A stretch of 15,857 bases of DNA from contig JBLIRP010000084.1 of NCBI GenBank assembly GCA_049472355.1, positions 1-15,857 on the forward strand, written 5' to 3'. A program made the translations under genes and the position numbers. Shown here one piece after another: positions 8,542 through 15,857 of this stretch. Numbering within the stretch: position 1 is the first letter of the stretch; every line of letters begins with the position of its first letter. The notes under the pieces are model-generated. The model saw only the letters and a program-made list of their open reading frames with translations. It was not told the DNA's origin and did not search any database. This DNA comes from a bacterium (GTDB lineage Bacteria; SZUA-182; DTGQ01; JAFGSM01).

Positions 8542-9294
8542 ATGCATCGCTGTGAGATATTGCTCGTTGACGATGATCGGCGCTTCAGGGAGGAATTGAG
8601 CGAGTATCTGGAGGAATACCGGATACTGCAGGCGTCGAGCGGGGAAGAGGCGCTTAGGCTGCTCCAGGAGCCCCATGAGATCGAATTGGTCATGCTGGAT
8701 GTCAAGCTGCCCGGGCTGAACGGCATCGAGGTGCTCAAGAGGATGAAGATGATGGTCCCCGACCTGAAGATCATCATCCTGACCGGTTACAGCACCAAGG
8801 ACATCGCCATAGGGGCGCTGAAAGGGCATGCGGATGATTACATCGAGAAGCCGTTGCAGATCCGGAATACCAAGCGGATCATCGCTCGGATCCTGGAAAG
8901 TCGCTGGGGACAACAGGAGGGTGACAGCGAGGATATCAAAGGGAAGGTAGAGCGCATCAAACGCTTCCTGGAGAAAAATTATGACAAGAAGGTTGATTTA
9001 AGGATGGCGTCGGACAGGGTATTCCTGAGCCAGAAATATCTCAGCAGGGTCTTCAAGCAGCACACAGGGATAGGATTCAACGAATACCGGCTGAAGGTCA
9101 AGATGGATGCGGCAAAGGGATTTTTGCTTGAGGGAGGGTACAATATCAATCAACTTGCCTTCAAACTGGGATATGAAAATACGGAATCCTTTATCCGCTC
9201 ATTCAAGAAGTTCACAGGATGCACCCCAAGCACGTATCGCAAAAGGGAGGCCCTGAAGTACAGCAACGGCTTGAATGTACCCCAGCCCGGCTGA
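8542..9294 (+). CDS. Response regulator, receiver + AraC-type HTH (YesN-like)
   Basis: REC motifs ILLVDDD, VMLDVKLPGLNG (phospho-Asp), ILTGY, DYIEKP. AraC motifs LSQKYLSRVFKQHTG and LAFKLGYENTESFIRSFKKFTGCTPSTYR. ATG 8542 preferred over TTG 8536 from AGGGA spacing. Confidence 0.93.
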   Translation: MHRCEILLVDDDRRFREELSEYLEEYRILQASSGEEALRLLQEPHEIELVMLDVKLPGLNGIEVLKRMKMMVPDLKIIILTGYSTKDIAIGALKGHADDYIEKPLQIRNTKRIIARILESRWGQQEGDSEDIKGKVERIKRFLEKNYDKKVDLRMASDRVFLSQKYLSRVFKQHTGIGFNEYRLKVKMDAAKGFLLEGGYNINQLAFKLGYENTESFIRSFKKFTGCTPSTYRKREALKYSNGLNVPQPG

Positions 9295-9396
9295 CGAGGC
9301 ATATGCCTCAGGTCTGCGAATGATGCATCTGCAAATGAACGAGGGACGAGTCAATGCAGAGTGCATACCTCAATATTAGGAAGGCATAGAAGTGAG

Positions 9397-12327
9397 ATGT
9401 CAAAACCGCTTCGTCTCTTGATAATGGATGATTCCGAGGATACTATCCTGCTGCTTGTTCGAGAATTGCGGAAGGCCGGATATGAGCCCGACTACACCAG
9501 GATAGGCACACCTGATGACCTCCATACGGCGCTATCCCAACAAACCTGGGACATCATCATCGCCGATGACACCATGCACGAATTTATATGCCTCGAGGCA
9601 TTGAGAATGGCCCATTGCATGAGACCGGATATCCCGTTCATCCTTATTGCGGGCGGGTGGGACCAGGATCGGGCAGCGGACCTCATCGAGGCAGGCGCCT
9701 TTGACTACATTGTGAAAGACCATCCGTTGCGGTTTATTCTTTCAGTGGAGCACGCCAGGGAAGAGGTGCGGGTACGACGGGAACTGAACAAGACGCGTGC
9801 GTCATTGCAGGAGATGAAAGACGGCTACCAGAACCTGGTGGAGCATATCCCTGCCATAGCCTATACGGCTGCGCTCGACGCCCCGAGCAGTTCCCTGTAT
9901 GTCAGTCCCCACATCGAAAAAATACTCGGATTCACCCCTGAGGAGTTCACAAGGGATCCCGAGGCATGGCTCAAACAGATCCACCCTGAAGACCGGAAAC
10001 GGGTGATGGCCGAAATTACAAAGGCAGATAAGAAAGGCCGGCCCTTTATCTGCGAATACCGGATGCTCACCAAGGACGGGCGAGTCGTGTGGTTCCGGGA
10101 CAAGGCGGCAACCGCTGCTGCCGGCGAGAATAAATCCTCTGTTCGCCAGGGCATCATGATCGACATCACCGCCCGCAAGATCGCAGAGGAGGCCCTGCAA
10201 AAGGCCTCCGCAAAGTTGGAGAAAAGGGTGGAGCAGAGGACAAGGGCCCTGCGCTCGGCAAACGAATCACTGCAACGGGAGATTGAGGAGGGAAAAAGGA
10301 AGGAAACGGCCCTGACGGAGAGCGAGGAGCGATTCAGGGCACTGGTCCAGAATGCCTTGGATGTCACCATGATCATGGAGGTGGACGGAATCATCAAGTA
10401 TATAAGCCCCTCTGTAGAGACCATCCTGGGGTTTATACCACGTGAACTGATCGGCAGCAACGTGTGCGACTATATCCACCCGGATGATACCGGATCGGCC
10501 AGGGCCCTGCTTGACACCCTCCTTGCAGACCGTGGGCATATAAGGATTCCGTCGTTACGCACCCGGCGCTCTGACGGTGCCTGGATCCATATGGAGGGGA
10601 TCGCCACCAACCTGCTTGGCAATCCGGCGGTAAAGGGGATCGTTGTGAATGCCCGGGATGTGACGGAGCGCAAGAAGGCGGACAATGAGCGCGAGCATTT
10701 CATACAACAACTTGAGGCCCTGGCGTTAAAGGCCCAGACCCACGCCCAGGAGCTCGATGCCGTGATCGCATCGCTCTCCCATCCGGTCATGATCTATGAC
10801 ACGCACGGCACCGTTGTCAATGCAAACAGTGCATGCATCGATGGCCTGGGCTTCGACCCGAAGGGCATGGACCAGGCAGCCGTCCTGCAAGAGGTCTATT
10901 CCAGGCTCTCAACCGGGGAACGGACCATGGTGGAACAGACGGTGTCCGCCAGTGCCCTGCACGGCGAGACCGTCAAAGGGCAGCGGTATGTATTCACAAC
11001 CCCGTCCGGGGAGGAACGGGCGGCCCTCTGTTCGGCCTCACCCATCAGGACCGGGGACAGGATCATCGGCGCGGTGGTGCTCTGGGAGGACATCACCGAC
11101 CGGGTGAGAATGGATGAGGCACTGAAACAGTCCCACGAGGAGCTTGAGATCAAGGTGGCCCAGCGAACCGCCGAGCTTCTGGAGGCAAACCGGCGGCTGG
11201 AAAAGGAGATTGCGGAGCGGATGAAGATCGAGCGGGAGATTCAGGCCGGCAAGGAGATCCTGGAACGGGTGTTCTCCAACACCCATATCCTCATCGCTTA
11301 TATGGACGACCGGTTCAACTTCATCCGGGTGAACCGGGCCTATGCCGAGGCGGACGGCCGCACCCCGGAATTCTATCCGGGCAAGAACCACTTCCAGTTG
11401 TTCCCAAACGAGGAAAACGAGCGCATCTTCCGCCAGGTGATCTTGACCGGCGAGCCGTATATGACGTACGCCAAGCCCTTCGTATATCAGGAACACCCGG
11501 AACGCGGGGTTACCTATTGGGATTGGAGCCTGCAACCGGTCAAGAACGCCCGGGGCAAGGTGGAAGGACTCATGCTGTTTCTGGTGAACGTGACAAAAAG
11601 AAAACAGGCGGAGGAGCAGATCGCCGCGATGCAGAAGGAGCTCATCCAGGCACAGCACCTTTCCGATATCGGCACCCTCGCATCAACCGTGGCCCACGAG
11701 CTGCGCAATCCCCTTGCGGTCATCGAGACGGCCTGCTTCAACATCCGGCATAAAAACCGGGATCCCTCGCTGGAAAAAAATCTTCGCAATATCGAGGAGT
11801 GCCTGGTGGAAAGCGAGCAGATCATCGACAATCTGCTATACTATTCCCGGATGCGGACGCCGGACTATAAAACGATCTCCCTCCTCCCCCTTCTCGAAGA
11901 ATGCCTTGAGGCTGTTAAAAAGAGGGAACGAAAAAGGAGGGTCTCGATCCTCAAACGGTGCCGATGTCTGGAAGACCTTGATATGGAAGCCGATCCCACC
12001 CAATTGAAGGAGGTGTTCACCAATATCCTGAACAACGCCTGCGATGCGTTGAAGGAAGATGGAGGGAAAATCGTGGTTGAAGCGGATGCGGACAGCGGCG
12101 GTTTCATTCGTATTCTCTTCACCGACAATGGGGCAGGGATCACCGAGGAGAACCTGAAAAACATATGTAAGCCCTTTTTTTCCACTAAAACCAAAGGGAC
12201 CGGCCTCGGGCTCACCGTGTGCCGGCAGATCGTTGATCTCCACCGTGGGACAATGGAGATCAGCAGTGAACCAGGCAGAGGGACCACCATTGGGGTGGTC
12301 CTCCCCTTACGGAGGAGATCGGATTGA
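9397..12327 (+). CDS. Cytoplasmic sensor histidine kinase: REC - 4x PAS - HisKA - HATPase_c
   Basis: N-terminal REC (LIMDDSED, IIIAD, DYIVKD); four PAS/PAC units ending DITARK, DVTERK, DITDR, NVTKRK; H-box AHELRNPL, N-box NILNNACDA, G1 DNGAGI, F-box PFFSTK, G2 GTGLGL; no TM segment. Start at ATG 9397 or GTG 9361. Confidence 0.95.
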   Translation: MSKPLRLLIMDDSEDTILLLVRELRKAGYEPDYTRIGTPDDLHTALSQQTWDIIIADDTMHEFICLEALRMAHCMRPDIPFILIAGGWDQDRAADLIEAGAFDYIVKDHPLRFILSVEHAREEVRVRRELNKTRASLQEMKDGYQNLVEHIPAIAYTAALDAPSSSLYVSPHIEKILGFTPEEFTRDPEAWLKQIHPEDRKRVMAEITKADKKGRPFICEYRMLTKDGRVVWFRDKAATAAAGENKSSVRQGIMIDITARKIAEEALQKASAKLEKRVEQRTRALRSANESLQREIEEGKRKETALTESEERFRALVQNALDVTMIMEVDGIIKYISPSVETILGFIPRELIGSNVCDYIHPDDTGSARALLDTLLADRGHIRIPSLRTRRSDGAWIHMEGIATNLLGNPAVKGIVVNARDVTERKKADNEREHFIQQLEALALKAQTHAQELDAVIASLSHPVMIYDTHGTVVNANSACIDGLGFDPKGMDQAAVLQEVYSRLSTGERTMVEQTVSASALHGETVKGQRYVFTTPSGEERAALCSASPIRTGDRIIGAVVLWEDITDRVRMDEALKQSHEELEIKVAQRTAELLEANRRLEKEIAERMKIEREIQAGKEILERVFSNTHILIAYMDDRFNFIRVNRAYAEADGRTPEFYPGKNHFQLFPNEENERIFRQVILTGEPYMTYAKPFVYQEHPERGVTYWDWSLQPVKNARGKVEGLMLFLVNVTKRKQAEEQIAAMQKELIQAQHLSDIGTLASTVAHELRNPLAVIETACFNIRHKNRDPSLEKNLRNIEECLVESEQIIDNLLYYSRMRTPDYKTISLLPLLEECLEAVKKRERKRRVSILKRCRCLEDLDMEADPTQLKEVFTNILNNACDALKEDGGKIVVEADADSGGFIRILFTDNGAGITEENLKNICKPFFSTKTKGTGLGLTVCRQIVDLHRGTMEISSEPGRGTTIGVVLPLRRRSD

Positions 12328-12713
12328 GCGGGACAATACTCATCATCGACGATGACCAACGGTTGTGCGAGGAGATGAAGGAGGTATTGGCTGCAGAGGG
12401 CTACCATGCCCACTGGTGCTGTAACGGCGAAGAAGGGCTTGTATACCTGGAAAAGGGGAATTTCGACCTCCTGTTGCTCGATCTGAAGCTCCCTGGATTG
12501 TCCGGCATGGAAATTCTCGAAAGGGCGAAGACAAGAAACCCCGCACTCAGGGTTATTGTGCTCACCGGCTCCCCCCTCCACTCCATCGGTCAGGGAGTCG
12601 CGGCATATGAAGACGAGGGAAACGCCCCACTCGACCTGGCTGACACCGTCCTTAACAAACCCTTCAGGATCAATGCCCTGCTTTCCTGCATCCGTGAAAC
12701 CATTCGAACATAA
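12324..12713 (+). CDS. Single-domain response regulator (receiver only)
   Basis: ILIIDDD, LLLLDLKLPGLSG, VLTG, LNKPF. TTG start overlaps the kinase TGA stop; RBS GGAGGAG at 12311-12317. Confidence 0.92.
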   Translation: MSGTILIIDDDQRLCEEMKEVLAAEGYHAHWCCNGEEGLVYLEKGNFDLLLLDLKLPGLSGMEILERAKTRNPALRVIVLTGSPLHSIGQGVAAYEDEGNAPLDLADTVLNKPFRINALLSCIRETIRT

Positions 12714-12913
12714 GGTACAAATATAACGGTGCAATGCTCACAGGCGGAGGGCATTTTTCGCAATGAGAGATTGCACCATTCCTTCCGGGGGAAAAATGTC
12801 AATCATATGTGGAATCAAGCCATTTCCTTTTATGGGGAAAAAGGCAATACTATAAATAAGCAAATGGGTAATTTCTTCTCTCAACCGAACAATGGGCAAA
12901 GCCGGGGGGCGCT

Positions 12914-13321
12914 ATGGGTCCTAAAAAGATCATGGTTGTTGACGATAATCAAGTTTTCCTGGAGGAACTCAAGGAAACGCTGACCGTGGCCAAATACAAG
13001 ACCATGGCCATTCACGACAGCACAAAGGCAGTGGATGCGGCCCTTGCCTACCAACCCGACCTTATCCTGCTTGATTTCATGATGGAGGGAATGCATGGAT
13101 TCAAGGTTGCAGAGCGCCTGAGGGAATCCCCCCTGACCAGGCACATCCCCCTCATCGCCATGAGCGCATTTTTGAGTGAGGATCACGAGGGCATGCTCAA
13201 GGAGATGTACGGCTTTCGAACATTTCTGGCCAAACCCTTCGGCGCGAAGAGGATGCTTGCGGAAATAAAAAATATCCTTAATGAAACCAACCAGGGCTCG
13301 AATGCATCGGGAGTGACGTAA
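12914..13321 (+). CDS. Single-domain response regulator (receiver only)
   Basis: IMVVDDN, PDLILLDFMMEGMHG, TRHIPLIAMSA, FLAKPF. Confidence 0.92.
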   Translation: MGPKKIMVVDDNQVFLEELKETLTVAKYKTMAIHDSTKAVDAALAYQPDLILLDFMMEGMHGFKVAERLRESPLTRHIPLIAMSAFLSEDHEGMLKEMYGFRTFLAKPFGAKRMLAEIKNILNETNQGSNASGVT

Positions 13322-13388
13322 ATCAAAAAGCGGCGTTCATCCGTCGCTTGAGCGGTGAACCATTGCCACGACAGGAGGGAAGGAAACA

Positions 13389-13823
13389 ATGCAAAGATCC
13401 TTTCGACCCACAAACCAAGGAAGCCGTTTTTTCGCCGTCACCACCGATCCCAGGAGGGGCTCCTTCATCGTGGAGATCGATCATATCGAGGCGGTCTCCG
13501 GCAAACACATCCGGGTGAGGTGCTGTTCCTGTTCACGCATGGCCGCCAATCTATGGGAGCATCCCCGGATCACCATCCTGGTATGGGACGCACAATACAA
13601 TCTGAGCCTCCAGCTCTCCGGAAGATTCCTGCACATGAGGAGCACCCCCCTTACCTGCGGGGATACCTCCGAAACCGATGCCATCCTGGAATCACATAGC
13701 GAAATGGACCTGATGATCGAAATCGACGGGATTGAGGAGATCGAACGGGCCGTGCATGGGGAAGAGACAGTGATACCTGCACGTTGGCCGATGCATCACA
13801 ACCAGCACATACTCCAAGGATAG
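13389..13823 (+). CDS. Divergent pyridoxamine 5'-phosphate oxidase-like (FMN-binding split-barrel) protein
   Basis: RBS AGGAGG at 13373-13378. Pattern FFAVTTD...MAANLWEHPRITILVWD...LQLSG matches the split-barrel pattern (xxATxD...NLxxNPxVxxxxxD...QxxG). Recognised from memory only. Confidence 0.55.
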   Translation: MQRSFRPTNQGSRFFAVTTDPRRGSFIVEIDHIEAVSGKHIRVRCCSCSRMAANLWEHPRITILVWDAQYNLSLQLSGRFLHMRSTPLTCGDTSETDAILESHSEMDLMIEIDGIEEIERAVHGEETVIPARWPMHHNQHILQG

Positions 13824-13843
13824 CAATCGCGATCGAGTAACGA

Positions 13844-13866
13844 GGGTGTTGCGAAACCACCTTTTT
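13844..13866 (+). terminator. Possible intrinsic terminator
   Basis: GGTGTT-GCGA-AAC(C)ACC hairpin (GNRA loop, one bulge) followed by TTTTT, about 20 nt after stop 13823. Confidence 0.45.
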
Positions 13867-14067
13867 GCACATGCATGGAAATCATTATAACAAAGTTTAT
13901 CTCTGCACGCAGCGGAAGGCAAAAGAAATTCTTCAGGCACAGCAAGGTGTGGGAAATATTGTCCATCATAATTAAAATTATGCCGCCACAGATCCCGCAA
14001 TCCTGAATTCCCACCCTTTCGACACCCTCATTAGCCTGTTTAATACATTTACGAGTGTTATGAACCT

Positions 14068-15324
14068 ATGCGATCACCTGTGGCAAGGATACCATTGTTA
14101 TGCGGGTGCAGTATCGCCGCGATAATCCTCTCGGCTGCAGCGGCGTCCCTTCCGGCATTCGCCCAACCGGAGTATTACGGAAGGCTCACCACGGTGGTGG
14201 AGACCTACAAGACCGTGGAGGGCGAACACGCCGTCCCCTCGTACCAGTACCTGAACCTCACGGTTGACCAGCCCATGGGCATGGAGAGAGACCACTACCT
14301 CTATTTTTACGGGAGGCTCTCCGAGGACCTGCTCGACCACGAAAACAGGGAGAGCGAGGTCTATTCGGCGTTTCTTAACATGGAGGAGGTATTTCCCCGC
14401 ACCGGCCTCACCCTCGGCAGGCAGTTTATCAGCACCGTGGCGGGCTCTGCGGTCACCGACGGGATCGAGGTGAGGATCAACGAGGTGGCACGGCGGCTTA
14501 AGGTGGGGCTGTTTGCGGGCGGTGACGCCAAATTTGTTGACACATACGAGGAGGGGGATTGGCTCTTCGGAGGCACCCTCGATATCCTCCACCTCGAGCG
14601 CACCAACATCGGGTTCAGCTTCTTCCAGAAATACGACCGGTGGGACGTCGCCCGGCAGGCACTGGGACTCGACCTGGGCTACCGGATCAGGACCCTGGCC
14701 AAGTTGCACGCTGAGGCCAGGTATGACCTCCTGACCGAGATGGTGGACACCTATTTTCTGGGAGGCAAGCTCTATGCGGGCAGGGACCTGACCCTTTCAC
14801 TGGAATACTATTACAATGTGCCGGTCTTCGACGCCACGGACATCTATTCGGTCTTTGCCGTGGATGAGTACCGGGAGGCGCGTTTCCAGACGGACTACCG
14901 GATATCCAAGTGGATCAATGTGTTCGGCGCCTTTACCCATGAATTCTACGAAGAGGGTGAGGACACGGATAACGTCGAAATCGGGACCATCATCCGGCGA
15001 TACGCACGTTTCGATCTCTACGCCTCTGTCCTGATCAGGGAGGGGGAGGATGAGCTTCTGGGCGGCACCCTGAAGGGGCACTACTATGCCTCCGCGGACC
15101 TGACCATCGGGGCTGGCGTAGAGGGGGATGATTACCGGATGTACGACATGGAGGAGAGCAGATCCGCAAGCCGCTACTTTGCAGACGTCATGTTCTATCT
15201 CTCGAATCACCTCTATGTATACGGAAAGGTTGAAGGGCTGAAGAGCGAATACCACAACCACGAGATTCGTGCCAGGATCAAGGTTTCATATGCCTTTCAA
15301 CGAATAAACAGGAAAGGACAATAG
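14068..15324 (+). CDS. Outer-membrane beta-barrel protein, probable porin of a porin-cytochrome conduit (Geobacter ExtB-like)
   Basis: Sec signal peptide ending AFA|Q; mature region of alternating amphipathic Tyr/Phe/Gly-rich strands with acidic loops; motifs LTLGRQFISTVAGSAVTDG and PVFDATDIYSVFAVDEY; near-terminal VSYAF; lies 4 nt before a multiheme cytochrome gene. Confidence 0.8.
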   Translation: MRSPVARIPLLCGCSIAAIILSAAAASLPAFAQPEYYGRLTTVVETYKTVEGEHAVPSYQYLNLTVDQPMGMERDHYLYFYGRLSEDLLDHENRESEVYSAFLNMEEVFPRTGLTLGRQFISTVAGSAVTDGIEVRINEVARRLKVGLFAGGDAKFVDTYEEGDWLFGGTLDILHLERTNIGFSFFQKYDRWDVARQALGLDLGYRIRTLAKLHAEARYDLLTEMVDTYFLGGKLYAGRDLTLSLEYYYNVPVFDATDIYSVFAVDEYREARFQTDYRISKWINVFGAFTHEFYEEGEDTDNVEIGTIIRRYARFDLYASVLIREGEDELLGGTLKGHYYASADLTIGAGVEGDDYRMYDMEESRSASRYFADVMFYLSNHLYVYGKVEGLKSEYHNHEIRARIKVSYAFQRINRKGQ

Positions 15325-15328
15325 ATCG

Positions 15329-15857
15329 ATGATCAGGAATGCCTGTAAAATCACCTTGTTGCTGCTGCTCTGCTCCTCGGTGGCGTCGGCGCTCCAGTTC
15401 TCACATTCACAGCATCGTCAGTTCGAGGAACTGGAACAGTGCCAGATCTGCCACAAGCGGGATGCCCTCACCATCAGCCCTGAGACAGGGGTGTGCACGA
15501 ACTGCCACAGCGTGGATGAGGTGAACAAGACCGAACTGGGCAAGGTAGAGACCCACGGCAGCTTCTGGTATACGGAGCACAAAAACTACAATCCCCTCGA
15601 GGGATCGGGCAAGGAGGAGTTTTTGTGCAGCAAGTGCCACCAGGAGGCCTTCTGCCTGGACTGCCACAAGGGGGGATTCCAGGACGAGACAGAAGGGGCG
15701 AACATACATCGCTCCGACTACCTGGTCACCCATCCCATCAAGGCAAAGGGGGATTCCAGGAGCTGCTCGGCGTGTCACGAGAAGCGGTTCTGCGGCAAGT
15801 GCCACGACCGATTCAGGCGCACCGACCTGAGGCTCTATTCCCACCGCAAGGGCTGGT
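15329..15857 (+). CDS. Periplasmic multiheme cytochrome c, 3'-truncated by the window edge (ExtA-like)
   Basis: Manual translation from ATG 15329 has no stop to the window end: signal peptide MIRNACKITLLLLLCSSVASA|LQFSHSQH, then CQICH, CTNCH, CSKCH, CLDCH, CSACH, CGKCH in 176 codons. Purine-rich GGAAAGGA at 15311-15318. Not listed in the ORF track. Confidence 0.93.
   Translation, partial: MIRNACKITLLLLLCSSVASALQFSHSQHRQFEELEQCQICHKRDALTISPETGVCTNCHSVDEVNKTELGKVETHGSFWYTEHKNYNPLEGSGKEEFLCSKCHQEAFCLDCHKGGFQDETEGANIHRSDYLVTHPIKAKGDSRSCSACHEKRFCGKCHDRFRRTDLRLYSHRKGW

Noticed and set aside
12894..12940. Resemblance to a c-di-GMP-I (GEMM) riboswitch (GGCAAA...GCTATGGGTCCTAA...ATGGTTG)
   Set aside because: No GNRA-capped hairpin or GCAAAGC junction, and the match overlaps the receiver coding start. 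An Infernal search with the c-di-GMP-I model would settle it.
13328..13349. Hairpin AAGCGGCG-TTCATC-CGTCGCTT after the second receiver gene
   Set aside because: No U-tract on the + strand, so too weak to call a terminator.
5614..13872. Shared 11-mer TTTTTGCACAT at 5614-5624 and 13862-13872 as a common regulatory or sigma54 site
   Set aside because: Neither copy has GG at the -24 position, and the second copy's T-run is explained by a terminator tail.
15339..15524. 61-aa Cys-run ORF (MPVKSPCCCCS...) as a possible metal-binding peptide
   Set aside because: An off-frame reading of the Leu-rich signal peptide of the real cytochrome gene starting at 15329.
1..15857. CRISPR array, tRNA/rRNA, transposase/integrase or phage genes
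   Set aside because: No regularly spaced repeats, RNA-gene signatures or mobile-element motifs seen by eye.

Overview
Gene-dense bacterial window from a two-membrane organism, probably an anaerobe (inferred from gene content). In order it holds: an HtrA/DegP protease; an M50 site-2 protease with CBS domains; a minus-strand pair of a membrane-anchored 9-heme cytochrome c and a cytochrome b, with no adjacent hydrogenase or dehydrogenase; a standalone 776-aa exported, acidic, Met/His-rich protein of unknown family; a soluble signalling cluster (REC-AraC regulator, REC-4xPAS histidine kinase, two single-domain receivers); a divergent split-barrel (PNPOx-like) protein; and an outer-membrane beta-barrel gene followed by a multiheme cytochrome c that runs off the window end. 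That last gene is missing from the ORF track and shows 6 CxxCH motifs. The main hypothesis is a co-located trans-envelope electron-transfer route (inner-membrane cytochrome bc module plus porin-cytochrome conduit) flanking an uncharacterised, possibly metal-binding surface protein and a PAS signalling hub. No RNA genes, CRISPR arrays or mobile elements were recognised. Family assignments come from motif recognition, not database searches.
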